DNA from: Alphaproteobacteria bacterium
GTDB taxonomy: Bacteria; Pseudomonadota; Alphaproteobacteria; SP197
Assembly: GCA_964291265.2 (NCBI GenBank)
Contig: OZ219747.1
Coordinates: forward strand, 4,352,001-4,416,000
Reading direction: 5' to 3'
Length of the DNA stretch: 64,000 nt
Below, in pieces: positions 18,849-28,771 of the stretch. A program made the position numbers and the translations under genes. How positions within the stretch are numbered: the first letter of the stretch is position 1; each line of letters starts with the position of its first letter. A model generated the notes under the pieces. That model was given only the letters and a program-made list of their open reading frames with translations, did not search any database and had not been told where the DNA came from.

Positions 18849-20105
18849 ATGATGCGAAAAGGTGGCAGCAACTGGGTCGACGGAGAGAACTTCTTCGACC
18901 GCGAGACTGAGCTCAAAGTACTGGAAGAGCGGGTGCGGGAGAGAACCCACACCCTGGTGACCGCGCAGCGGCGAATGGGCAAGACGAGTCTCGTCCGGGA
19001 GCTACAGCGCCGTTTGGTCGAAGCAGGAGAGTTCGAGGTCGTCTTCGTCGATCTCGAGGCTGCCTTCGATCCGGCCGATGCAATAGCCGAAATCGCGGTT
19101 CAGGCGAGACCGGTACGCACGGCGTGGGATCGGATCAAGGCCGACTCCGCCAATCTCGTGAGGAATGTCGGCGATCTGGTCGAGGAACTGTCGGTTGCAG
19201 ATCGGAAGGTGAAGCTGCGGGCCGGGATCGATGCCGGCAACTGGCAGCAGAGAGGTGACGCGATCTTCGCCGCCCTGGCGGAAAGCGGCCGGCCGGTCGT
19301 GCTCGCGATCGACGAGTTGCCGATACTCGTCAACCGGCTGCTGAAAGACAAGACGGGACGCATGACGCCTGAGGGGAAGCGGACAGCGGAGGCGTTTCTG
19401 AGCTGGCTGCGCAAGGCGGGGCAAGTCCATCAGGACCGGCTCACGCTGATCCTGTCGGGGAGCGTGAGCCTGGAGCCGCTGCTGGAACAGGCCGGACTGA
19501 GCGCCCAGGCCAACATCCTTTCTCCCTATGACCTGAAGCCGTGGAACGAGGAAACGGCCGTTTCCTGCCTGGACGCGCTTGCCAGGTCGTATGAAATCGG
19601 TCTCGCTTTGGAAATCCAGCGGGAGATGTGCCGTAGACTGCGTTGCTGCATCCCGCATCATGTCCAGATGTTCTTCGACAGGATGCACGATCATCTGCGG
19701 CGCGCCGGGCGCAAGGACGCGTCGCTGGAAGATGTGGAACAAGTCTATGTGCGGGAGATGCTGGGCGTTCGGGGACAGGTGGACCTGCAGCATTACGAGA
19801 GCCGGCTGGAGTTGGTCCTCGGGAGGGCCGGCTACACGGTGGCGCTGGAGATTCTGACGGCAACGGCGGTCGACGGCACTATCGCCACTGAAACGGTCGA
19901 CCGGTATCGCAACTGGTTCGCAGTGCGTGAGGTGCAGGATGGAGATGGCACTCTTGCGGTCGACCACGTGCTGCACGTGCTGCAGCACGACGGCTACCTG
20001 GAATCCGGGCACGGCGGTTACAGGTTCGTGTCCGGATTCGTCAAGGACTGGTGGCGCGGGCGCTACGGGCAGGGGTTCGTGCCCGCCTTCGACCGGCAGC
20101 GCTGA
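18849..20105 (+). CDS. P-loop ATPase (archaeal-ATPase/STAND-like) with helical C-terminus
   Basis: FFDRETE, Walker A TAQRRMGKTS, Walker B VLAIDELP, LSGS sensor, IPHHVQ; ATG at 18849 lies just after the promoter. Confidence 0.85.
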   Translation: MMRKGGSNWVDGENFFDRETELKVLEERVRERTHTLVTAQRRMGKTSLVRELQRRLVEAGEFEVVFVDLEAAFDPADAIAEIAVQARPVRTAWDRIKADSANLVRNVGDLVEELSVADRKVKLRAGIDAGNWQQRGDAIFAALAESGRPVVLAIDELPILVNRLLKDKTGRMTPEGKRTAEAFLSWLRKAGQVHQDRLTLILSGSVSLEPLLEQAGLSAQANILSPYDLKPWNEETAVSCLDALARSYEIGLALEIQREMCRRLRCCIPHHVQMFFDRMHDHLRRAGRKDASLEDVEQVYVREMLGVRGQVDLQHYESRLELVLGRAGYTVALEILTATAVDGTIATETVDRYRNWFAVREVQDGDGTLAVDHVLHVLQHDGYLESGHGGYRFVSGFVKDWWRGRYGQGFVPAFDRQR

Positions 20106-20120
20106 GAGGGAATCGGATCG

Positions 20121-23100
20121 GTGGCGGCGGGCCCCAGAAAATACAACCCGGGCTTTCTCTCGATCGACGAACGGGTCGCGACCTTCTGCGTCCGGACGGC
20201 CGAATACGATTCCCTGATCGAGGCGCTGCGCGAGTGCACTGGCAGCGCGAACACCCATCAGATCGTGATCGGACCGCGTGGCTGCGGAAAGACGAGCCTC
20301 CTGCTGCGGGTGGACGCGGAGGTCCTGCGCGATGCCGATCTCTCGATGCGCTTCTTTCCGATCGTCTTCGCGGAGGAAAGCTACGAGGTCTCGACCGCCG
20401 GCGAGTTCTGGCTCGAATGCCTGTCCCGGCTGGCTGACCAGGCGCCGCGCCGGGATGGTGATGTCAACCTGCACCGCACCTTCGAGGAGATGCGCACCAT
20501 CCAGGACGACCGGGCGTTGGAGGGCCGGTGCCTCGGCGTGCTACAGGATTTTGCCGACCGGGAAAACAAGCGCCTCGTGCTGATCGTCGAGAACCTGAAC
20601 ATGATGTTCAGGGACATGGGCGACGACGACGCGGGCTGGCGGATGCGGAAGGTGCTGCAGACCGAACCGCGGATCGTTCTGCTGGCAAGCGCGACAAGCC
20701 GGTTCGAGCAGATGGACGATCCGAAAGAAGCGCTCTACGAGCTCTTCCGGGTGATCCCGTTGCATCCGCTCGACACGGAAGACTGCGCGACCCTGTGGCA
20801 AACCATATCGGGGCAGGCGCGGGCGCCACAGACGATCCAGGCTTTGCGGATTCTCACGGGCGGCAACCCTAGGCTGCTGACGATCGTGGCCCGGTTCGGC
20901 GCGTATCTGTCGTTCCGCGAGCTGATGGCCGATCTTCTCGATCTGGTCGATGACCATACCGAGTATTTCAAGAGCCACCTCGATGCGCTCCCCGCGCAGG
21001 AGCGGAAGGTGTATCTCGCCCTCGCTGCCCTGTGGAAACCGGCAAATGCGCGCGAGATCGCGGAGCGGGCCAGGCTCGGCACCAGCAAGTGCAGTGCCCA
21101 GTTGGCCCGTCTCATCGACAGGGGCGCGGTCGAGGTGAGCGGCGGCAGCGCGCGACGCAAGCTCTATTATCTGACCGAACGGCTCTACAACATCTACTAC
21201 CTGATGCGCCGGGCGCACGGACCGGAGCCGCTGATCGACGCGCTGATCCGTTTCATGGAGGCATATTATTCCACCGATCAGTTGCGGGACTTCGGGGCCC
21301 GCGTGGCGCGTGAAGCGCCGGGGTTCGACGGGAATGCGTTGGCGATCTACCGGATCGCATTCGAGCGTCTTGTCAGACTTCCGTCCCTGGAGGCACACCG
21401 CGAAGAACTGCTTTCTCTTGCGCCGCCTGACTTGGCGCATGCGCCCGGTGAGTCTTCTCCGGAGTCCCCCATTGCACCGTCGGCCGCGAGGGAACTCTTC
21501 GAGAATGCACTGGCGCTCGCGGAAAACGATAGGTTGGAGGAGGCCGTGGCGGCTTGGGACGAGGTCGTCCGGACGTTCTGGGAGAGTGATGCAGCGACGG
21601 ATCTCGAGCACGTGTCGATGGCGCTCGTCAACAAGGGAAAGGCGTTGAGCAGGCTCGGGAGGGCAGAAGAAGCGCTGGCAGCCTGGAACGAGACCGCTCG
21701 ACGTTTCGACAAGAGTCGGGTGCCGGCGCTTGAGGTAGCCGTGGTGAACGCGCTGCATGGGAAGGCGATCGCGCTCAACACATTGAACCGGCACCGGGAA
21801 GCTATGGAGACTTGCGACGAAGTGCTGGAACGCGTCGGTAACAGCAGTTCGCCGGCACTTCAGGGAGAATTGGCGGCAGCGATGGTCGAACGGGGTCACG
21901 CGCTGATCTTGCTGAACCACGCCGACGAGGCCATGGATGCCTGGGGCGCCGTGGTGGAACGTTTCGGAAGGAGCGACTCTCCCAGAATCGTCGAACCGGT
22001 AGCCGCGACCTTCGCCAACATCGGCACGGGCCTCCTTCAGTCGGGCCGATTGAAGGAGGCGCTCGCCGCGTTCGAAAGGGCCATGCAGAGCTGCAAGGCA
22101 AGCGATACGCCGATCCTTCGACAAGTGACAGCGCACTGTTTCGCCAACAGAGGCCACGTGCTGGCTGCGTTGGAGAGGGAAACGGAAGCACTCTCGTCCT
22201 GGGAAGAAGTGATCAGGGGCTTCGAGGCGGGCGGTTTCCCGGATGGAGCAGAACCGTATTGCGACGCGCTGACCAACAGTGCGGCTGTGCTGCACAACGC
22301 CGGCAGGTACGAGGAAGCCCTGCAGCTGTGGGGCAAGGTGGCGGAACGCTTCGAGGACAACAACGAGCCCGTCATCCTTGCCATGGTTGCGAATGCCGAG
22401 AGGAACAGGGGCATCTTGTTGGAACGGTTGGACCGTTACGAAGAGGCGCTCGCGGTCTGGCAGCAGGTCGAAGACCGCTTCGGAAACAGTGACATGCCGG
22501 AGTGGGTCACGCTGGCCGCAATCTCCTTTCAGCACAAATGCACCATCCTGTTCGAACTGAACCGGAAGGAAGAGGCGCTCGAAACCTGTGACCGGGCGAT
22601 CGATCTCTTGGGAAAGAGTATCGTGCCGGGAGTTGTCGATACGGTCGCACAGATTCTCCTCGGCAAGGGTATCGTACTCGATACTGCGCAGAGGAACCAA
22701 GAGGCGCTGGCGGTCTGGGACGAGGTTATCCAGCGCTTCGAAGCGAGCGATGTGCTTGCGCTTCGCGACGCGGCGGAAGCCGCACTGTGCAGCCGGGCGC
22801 AGCACGAATTGACAGAAGGCCGCACAAGGGCTGCTCTTGGATTTCTCGACCGAGCGCTGCAGCAGGGGCGAGCGGGAACTCCGGACAGCAGAGTGCGGGG
22901 TCATTTGATCCGGGCCCGTGGGCACCTGGCGGAAGGCGATGGCGAATCGGGTGCCCGTGATGTCGAGACGGCACTGTCGATCCTCCCTGAACTGGAAGTG
23001 CTGCCGAGGGACTTGGTGGTGGATCTGGCCGATCTTTCCAGGTGCGTTGGACCGGAGAGGATGTGCGATCTGATCAAGTCGTCGCCCGTCGGCGATCTCC

Positions 23101-23213
23101 TGCTTCCGTTGAGGACGGCGCTTGAACGGGAACTCGGGTTGGAGCCGAGGGTGGCTAGGGAAGTCGAAGAGATTGCCGAAGACATACGTCGGGAATTGCT
23201 CACCCCTCCGTAA
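20121..23213 (+). CDS. STAND-like ATPase - winged HTH - TPR repeat protein
   Basis: Walker A GPRGCGKTS, variant Walker B LIVENL, GGNPRLL, wHTH AREIAERARL...SAQLARLIDRGAV, then about 11 repeats of 43 aa (EEAlaaWdev..rF..sd.p.l...va.al.nkg..L..lgR). Confidence 0.88.
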   Translation: MAAGPRKYNPGFLSIDERVATFCVRTAEYDSLIEALRECTGSANTHQIVIGPRGCGKTSLLLRVDAEVLRDADLSMRFFPIVFAEESYEVSTAGEFWLECLSRLADQAPRRDGDVNLHRTFEEMRTIQDDRALEGRCLGVLQDFADRENKRLVLIVENLNMMFRDMGDDDAGWRMRKVLQTEPRIVLLASATSRFEQMDDPKEALYELFRVIPLHPLDTEDCATLWQTISGQARAPQTIQALRILTGGNPRLLTIVARFGAYLSFRELMADLLDLVDDHTEYFKSHLDALPAQERKVYLALAALWKPANAREIAERARLGTSKCSAQLARLIDRGAVEVSGGSARRKLYYLTERLYNIYYLMRRAHGPEPLIDALIRFMEAYYSTDQLRDFGARVAREAPGFDGNALAIYRIAFERLVRLPSLEAHREELLSLAPPDLAHAPGESSPESPIAPSAARELFENALALAENDRLEEAVAAWDEVVRTFWESDAATDLEHVSMALVNKGKALSRLGRAEEALAAWNETARRFDKSRVPALEVAVVNALHGKAIALNTLNRHREAMETCDEVLERVGNSSSPALQGELAAAMVERGHALILLNHADEAMDAWGAVVERFGRSDSPRIVEPVAATFANIGTGLLQSGRLKEALAAFERAMQSCKASDTPILRQVTAHCFANRGHVLAALERETEALSSWEEVIRGFEAGGFPDGAEPYCDALTNSAAVLHNAGRYEEALQLWGKVAERFEDNNEPVILAMVANAERNRGILLERLDRYEEALAVWQQVEDRFGNSDMPEWVTLAAISFQHKCTILFELNRKEEALETCDRAIDLLGKSIVPGVVDTVAQILLGKGIVLDTAQRNQEALAVWDEVIQRFEASDVLALRDAAEAALCSRAQHELTEGRTRAALGFLDRALQQGRAGTPDSRVRGHLIRARGHLAEGDGESGARDVETALSILPELEVLPRDLVVDLADLSRCVGPERMCDLIKSSPVGDLLLPLRTALERELGLEPRVAREVEEIAEDIRRELLTPP

Positions 23214-23592
23214 CCGTTCGGTCAAGCCGTGGAACCCTCGGACCCGTACAGGAGATCAGGAAAAACGGCCTGGGTTTCCGGTAAGGGTGATCGTTCGCGA
23301 CCGCCACTCGGCCAAACCGTCACGGCTTCACCGAAAGGAGTCCGATTTCCCGGCAAGCGCAGCGAGAACGCGAGCGTGCCAATCGGATCACAAGCACCCG
23401 AGTTCTTGTCTCGATGGATGATTGCGGATTCCATGGCCCCAATCCGGGGGACTTCAATAGTGGCGTCATACATCCAGTTATGTCACACATACCTCGAATG
23501 GAAGAACCTGGCAGGGATGCCGAAACGGGCGCGCCGTGGTGAGTCGCTTGCTTGCCACGGAAATCATCATCGGATCATGGGCTCATGTGATC

Positions 23593-23621
23593 TTGCCCCG
23601 GGCAGGGGGTGGTGCTAGCGT
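23593..23621 (+). promoter_or_regulatory. Putative efp promoter
   Basis: cTTGCCC, 17 bp, TAGCGT (gcTAG), the alphaproteobacterial sigma70 style. Confidence 0.4.
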
Positions 23622-23660
23622 CGGCGCCGCTCTGCACTCCCAACATCAGGCAGCGATGTC

Positions 23661-24221
23661 ATGAAGATCGACGGCAACGCGATCCGTCCCGGCATGGTGA
23701 TCCACCACAAGGACCGGCTCCTGGTCGCCACCAGGATCCAGCACACCCAGCCCGGCAAGGGCGGCGCCTATCTCCAGGTGGAACTCAAGGACATCCGCGA
23801 CGGCACGAAGCTCAACGAACGGTTCCGATCGTCGGAGTCCGTGGAACGGGTCAGGCTCTGGGACACGCCGCACCAGTTCCTCTTTGGCGACGCGGATTCC
23901 TTCACGTTCATGAACTCCGAGACCTTCGAGCAGACGGTCATCCACCGTGACATGCTGGGTTCCGACGCAGCCTTCCTCCAGGACGGCATGGAAGTCATGA
24001 TCCAGTCTCACGAAGACGAGGTTGTCGGCGTCTCCCTGCCGGAGACGGTCGTTCTCGCCATCGTCGAAACCGAAGCGGTGGTCAAGGGGCAGACAGCCGC
24101 GTCGTCCTACAAGCCCGCCATTCTCGAGAACGGACTGCGCATCATGGTTCCACCCCACGTCGAGACCGGCGTCAGGGTGGTGGTCAATACCGTGGATGCG
24201 ACCTATCGGGAACGCGCGTAA
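23661..24221 (+). CDS. efp: Elongation factor P
   Basis: HTQPGKGGA, VKGQTAASSYKPA.LENG, VP.HV..G. Confidence 0.97.
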   Translation: MKIDGNAIRPGMVIHHKDRLLVATRIQHTQPGKGGAYLQVELKDIRDGTKLNERFRSSESVERVRLWDTPHQFLFGDADSFTFMNSETFEQTVIHRDMLGSDAAFLQDGMEVMIQSHEDEVVGVSLPETVVLAIVETEAVVKGQTAASSYKPAILENGLRIMVPPHVETGVRVVVNTVDATYRERA

Positions 24222-24237
24222 GGAATGATCGGCGGTC

Positions 24238-24978
24238 TTGGCCTATCAATCACCCCTCATCACCGTCATGGCGAAGGCAGCATCGAAGGCCGCTGTCGCC
24301 CTGATTCGGGATTACAACGAGGCCGACAACCTGGTGTCGTCGATGGCGGGCGCGGCACGGTTCATCGAGGCGTCGAGACGTCGTGCGAACGAGACCATCA
24401 GACGGGAACTCGCTCGTGCTCGTCCGGATTTCTCCTTCGATGACCAGGCACCGGGCAGCCGCTGGATTCTCACTGCCCTTGATGGTGTGAGCAACCTCGT
24501 CCATGCCATTCCCCATGCCTCCATAGCCGTCGCCGTCGAGATGACCGGCGAGACCGTCGCCGGTGTCGTCCTCGACCCGCTGAGGGATGAACTCTTCTGG
24601 GCCGAAAAAGGACACGGCGCCTTCATGCGATCACGACGACTGCGGGTGTCCCGGACCAGATCACTCTCCGGAAGCGTCCTTGCCCACGGCGACGGCGTAC
24701 CGAGCGCACTCGGCATCGCCCGGCTGCTGAAACAGGGTCCCCGGCTGCGTTGCCTCGGCGCTCCCTCACTCGATCTCGCCTGGCTGGCGGCGGGCAGGCT
24801 TGACGGATACTGGGCGGACGCCGCCGACCCGGACAATCTGGCGGCCGGCACCATCCTGATCCAGGAAGCGGGGGGTATCGTCACCCGAATCGATGGCAGC
24901 CCGCCCGGCGGCGCGCCACCTTCCGTCCTTGCCGGGAATTCAGGCGTCCACGGGCACATGCTCCGGTCGCTTGCCTGA
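24238..24978 (+). CDS. suhB: Inositol monophosphatase family protein (divergent SuhB)
   Basis: W-I-x-x-x-L-D-G, ELFWAEKGHGAF, LDLAWLAAGRLDGYW, IQEAGG; the DP(L/I)DGT motif has degenerated to TALDGVS. Confidence 0.8.
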   Translation: MAYQSPLITVMAKAASKAAVALIRDYNEADNLVSSMAGAARFIEASRRRANETIRRELARARPDFSFDDQAPGSRWILTALDGVSNLVHAIPHASIAVAVEMTGETVAGVVLDPLRDELFWAEKGHGAFMRSRRLRVSRTRSLSGSVLAHGDGVPSALGIARLLKQGPRLRCLGAPSLDLAWLAAGRLDGYWADAADPDNLAAGTILIQEAGGIVTRIDGSPPGGAPPSVLAGNSGVHGHMLRSLA

Positions 24979-25118
24979 CACAATGCCGCCACCGTGCGGT
25001 GATCGATGGACGACACACTCAAGTCCATGGTAACCACGCCCAACGAGGGTTGCCGACAAGCAGTCTCGGTGGGACGAACCGGTGAGCCGGAGCATGTCGG
25101 GTTGATGTGGAGCATCGC

Positions 25119-26270
25119 ATGACGCGCCCGAACCGCTACATCATCAGGATGGCTGCGTTCCTCCTCGTTGTGCTGGTCATCGCCGCCTTCCTGTCAGCGA
25201 CGCTGCTCGTCGCCTTCCAGGCGAACCCCCTGCTCAACGGGCTGATTCTCGGCGTCCTTCTGTTCGGCATCCTCTATGTCTTCCGGCAACCCCAGATGCT
25301 CTACCGGGAGGTCGCCTGGATCGACAGTTTCCGCACGTCGCATGCTGGCATCCAGACAACCCCCCGGCTGCTCGTGCCGATGGCCGCCATGCTCGGCAAG
25401 CGCCGGTCTTCCGGTGCAGGGTTCAGCCTCACCCCGACGTCGACGCGCTCGATCCTCGACAGCATCGGCGCCAGACTCGACGAGTCCCGCGAGATTTCGC
25501 GGTACCTCATCGGTCTCCTCATCTTTCTCGGACTGCTGGGAACCTTCTGGGGTCTCATCAAGACCATCGGCGGAGTCAGCGCGACGCTCACCACGCTCAA
25601 TCTCGACCCCGGACAGGACATTGTCGGTCTCTTCGAAAGCCTCAAGGAAGGCATGGCGTCGCCCCTGTCAGGCATGGGGACGGCCTTCAGCTCGTCACTC
25701 TTCGGACTTGCCGGATCCCTGATCCTCGGCTTTCTCGACCTGCAGTCCGGTCAGGCCCTCAACCGGTTCTACAACGAACTGGAGGAGTGGCTGTCATCCG
25801 TGACACGACTCCATTCCGAACGTGGCGACGGTGACACCCCGGATGGGGGTGACGCACCGGCCTACGTCAGCGCCCTCCTCGAGAAGACCGCCGAGAGCCT
25901 CGACCGCCTCAGCATCACCCTCGACAAGAACTTCGCGAACCACAGGCAGATCGACGAGAAGATCTCCACGCTCACGGACAGACTCGTCTCCATGGTCGAC
26001 CGCATCGGCGCCGAGCAGAGACAGCTCGGCACGCTGATCGAGAGCCTGGCGGATCTCAGGGTGGTCATCCACAACCTGATCGAGACACAGAGGAGCACTG
26101 CCTTCGACGAAGCCAGCCGGATGCATCTTCGCAATCTCGACGATGCCATGGGCCGCCTCGTCGAGGAGACCGCTTCGGGACGGAGTGCCATCGCCAACGA
26201 CGTGCGCTCGGAAATCAGGTTGCTGGCACGCACCATCGCGGCGGTACGCTCCGACGACGGAGGCACCTAG
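25119..26270 (+). CDS. MotA/TolQ/ExbB-like proton channel protein with C-terminal tail
   Basis: Four hydrophobic segments, GLLGTFWGL, GMGTAFSSSLFGL. Confidence 0.85.
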   Translation: MTRPNRYIIRMAAFLLVVLVIAAFLSATLLVAFQANPLLNGLILGVLLFGILYVFRQPQMLYREVAWIDSFRTSHAGIQTTPRLLVPMAAMLGKRRSSGAGFSLTPTSTRSILDSIGARLDESREISRYLIGLLIFLGLLGTFWGLIKTIGGVSATLTTLNLDPGQDIVGLFESLKEGMASPLSGMGTAFSSSLFGLAGSLILGFLDLQSGQALNRFYNELEEWLSSVTRLHSERGDGDTPDGGDAPAYVSALLEKTAESLDRLSITLDKNFANHRQIDEKISTLTDRLVSMVDRIGAEQRQLGTLIESLADLRVVIHNLIETQRSTAFDEASRMHLRNLDDAMGRLVEETASGRSAIANDVRSEIRLLARTIAAVRSDDGGT

Positions 26271-26274
26271 GTTC

Positions 26275-27951
26275 ATGGCCTCCCGCGGCCGCCGTACGCA
26301 GTCGGGTGGTGAGACCTGGGCCGGATTTGTCGATGCGCTGTCAGCCTTGCTGATGGTGCTGATCTTCGCCCTGTCGGTCTTCATGATGGCACAGCTCTTC
26401 CAGGGAGCCGCCCTGACCGGCCAGAACCAGGTGATGAGTCGGCTGCAGGCCCGGATCAATGACCTCACCGACATGCTGTCCCTGGAACGCGACAACAACG
26501 CGACGGTCCGCGAACAGCTGACACGGCTCTCGGCAGAACTTCAGCAGTCGGCGGCAGCCCGGGATCACGCGAACCGGTCGCTCGCCCTCCTGTCGAGTGA
26601 GCACGACGCACTGCAAGCGGAACGTTCGGCTCTTGAGGCGAGAGTGCTCGCCAGCGAACGGGAGCTTGACGATGCGCGGGCACACCTCCAACTGTTGGCA
26701 GAAGATCTCGACGGCACTCGGGACGATGCGGCGGCCAGCAAGGACGCTCTGGCGCGCAGGTCGGTTCAACTCGCCAGCCTGCAGCGCGACATCGATGCCC
26801 TCGAGCAGGTACGGCGCAATCTCGAAGGTGAAGTCGGACGCTTGTTGCTGGTTCTTGAGGAGGCCCAGGTCCTTGAAGCGGACCTCGAGCGCCGCTTGGC
26901 AGATCTGGACGCCGAACTCTCGCAGACACGAACCGCGCTCGCTCAACGCGAGACGGAGCTGAGCCTCACCGAGGCCGGTCTCCAGGAGTCACGGGGCAGA
27001 GAGGAAGAACTCGCACAGACCCTCAAGACAGAGCGCAGCGAACTCGAACGCCTTGCTCTCCTGCTCCGGCAGTCCCGCGAGGCGGAGGAGCGGACGGCCG
27101 AGGCGCTCGCAGCGAGAGAACTGCAACTCGAGGATGCAGGGACAAGAATTGACCAACTCATCGCGTCACTCTCCTCCGTGCGCGACCGTACGCTGGAACT
27201 GGAAGCCGAGCTTTCCACCGAAGAGGAACGCAACCTTCTCGCCCAACGGGAAGTGGCCGACAGCAACCAGCAAATCACCGAACTCACACGGCGGCTCGGC
27301 ATCGTCGAGGGCGAACGGGATCGGGCTGTGGAACTGGGTGGTTCGCAGGCACAGCAGATCGCCGACCTGCGAGACCGCCTGGCCTCGCTCAACAGTGTCC
27401 TCGAGGCAGCCGAGATCAAGGCTGCCCAGGATCTGGTGCAGATCACGTCGCTGGGCGAGAGGCTCAATGCCGCGCTGGCTGCCCGGGTTCAGGATCTCAG
27501 CCGTTATCAGAGCGACTTCCTGGCCCGCCTGCACGACCATCTCGGCAACCGGGAGGGCGTGAAGGTCGAGGGTGACCGATTCATCATCCAGTCGGGTGTG
27601 CTTTTCTCCAGCGGCAGCGCGGACATTTCCGAAGCGGGCCGGGAGAACCTGCGTCAGATTGCGGACCTCATCCGTGGACTTGTCTCCGACATCCCCGACG
27701 ATGTGGACTGGATCCTCAGGGTGGACGGCCACACCGACTCGAAGCCGATCCAGACGACCCGGTTCCCGAGCAACTGGGAGCTGTCGACGGCCCGCGCCAC
27801 CTCCGTCGTCCGCTTCCTGATCTCCCTGGGTGTGCCCGAACATCGCCTGATGGCCGCCGGTCTCAGCGAATTCCGGCCCCTTGCCGCCGGAGAGGATACC
27901 GACACCATGCAGCGCAATCGCCGAATCGAATTCAAGCTGACCGACCCTTGA
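26275..27951 (+). CDS. MotB-like protein: TM helix, long coiled coil, OmpA peptidoglycan-binding domain
   Basis: WAGFVDALSALL TM with Asp, long heptad region, VDGHTD, NWELSTARA, RNRRIE. Confidence 0.88.
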   Translation: MASRGRRTQSGGETWAGFVDALSALLMVLIFALSVFMMAQLFQGAALTGQNQVMSRLQARINDLTDMLSLERDNNATVREQLTRLSAELQQSAAARDHANRSLALLSSEHDALQAERSALEARVLASERELDDARAHLQLLAEDLDGTRDDAAASKDALARRSVQLASLQRDIDALEQVRRNLEGEVGRLLLVLEEAQVLEADLERRLADLDAELSQTRTALAQRETELSLTEAGLQESRGREEELAQTLKTERSELERLALLLRQSREAEERTAEALAARELQLEDAGTRIDQLIASLSSVRDRTLELEAELSTEEERNLLAQREVADSNQQITELTRRLGIVEGERDRAVELGGSQAQQIADLRDRLASLNSVLEAAEIKAAQDLVQITSLGERLNAALAARVQDLSRYQSDFLARLHDHLGNREGVKVEGDRFIIQSGVLFSSGSADISEAGRENLRQIADLIRGLVSDIPDDVDWILRVDGHTDSKPIQTTRFPSNWELSTARATSVVRFLISLGVPEHRLMAAGLSEFRPLAAGEDTDTMQRNRRIEFKLTDP

Positions 27952-28696
27952 CGGAACAGCCGGCGCGAGCCAGTCTGCGAGGCGCCTCGTCACTCTCCCA
28001 GCTGCTGCAGAAGGCTTCGACGCCGGCCTCGATGGCGTCATCAACATGCATGCGCGCCCAGGTGCGCATCAGTCTCTTCTGGGCACGGATAGCGCGCGGT
28101 CCCGCATCAAGAATGGCGTCTGACCATGTCGCCACGACATCGGCCGGTTCCTCAGCCACGGCCTCCACCAAACCGGCGGCGCGGGCTTCGCTGGCGGTCA
28201 GCGTGCGGCCGGTGAACAGCAGTTCCGCAGCCCGACCCCAACCCATCAGCCGCGGCAGCAGGGCGGCCTCGATCACCGAGGGAATGCCGAGCCGCACCTC
28301 CGGCATGGCGAAGGTCGAGCGCCCGGAGGCGGCACGCATGTCGCAACTCGCGGCAAGTTCAAGGGCTCCGCCCAGACAGGGACCGTCGATTCTCGCGATG
28401 ACCGGAACCGGACAGTCGCGCACCGCCTGGCAGGCATCGTGCAAACAGCGGATGAACCGTTCCGCACTTGACCGTTCCAGTCGACGGAGATCCGCCAGAT
28501 CGGCGCCAGCGGAGAACGCACGGCCGGCGCCGGAGAGCACCACGCACCGGATATCGTCGTCGTCACGCAGACGGTTCAGGATGTCGATCAGTCCCCCGAG
28601 AAGGGAGAGGGAGAGAGCGTTCAGCTTGTCCGGCCGATCGAGGACAACCTCGACACGACCGCGTGCCTGACGCTGAAGATCGATGAAGCGGCTCAC
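27932..28696 (-). CDS. Enoyl-CoA hydratase/isomerase family protein
   Basis: AFSAGADL, CLGGALELAASCD, FAMPEVRLGI; GTG start with RBS gggaga. Confidence 0.9.
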   Translation of the reverse strand: MSRFIDLQRQARGRVEVVLDRPDKLNALSLSLLGGLIDILNRLRDDDDIRCVVLSGAGRAFSAGADLADLRRLERSSAERFIRCLHDACQAVRDCPVPVIARIDGPCLGGALELAASCDMRAASGRSTFAMPEVRLGIPSVIEAALLPRLMGWGRAAELLFTGRTLTASEARAAGLVEAVAEEPADVVATWSDAILDAGPRAIRAQKRLMRTWARMHVDDAIEAGVEAFCSSWESDEAPRRLARAGCSVKGRSA

Positions 28697-28771
28697 GTGT
28701 TTCTCCCTCAAGACGATTCGGCGACAATGATGACCCGGTGGTTGTGACACACAAACAGGGAATGGAACGCG

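Noticed and set aside
20541-23225. 894-aa minus-strand ORF and other long antisense ORFs (e.g. 7955..9709, 60792..62288)
   Set aside because: These are shadow frames of well-supported genes in high-GC DNA and show no recognisable motifs.
25119-27951. Zorya (ZorA/ZorB) defence system
   Set aside because: No ZorC/D/E-like genes are adjacent, and the pair lies outside the island in the housekeeping efp-suhB context.
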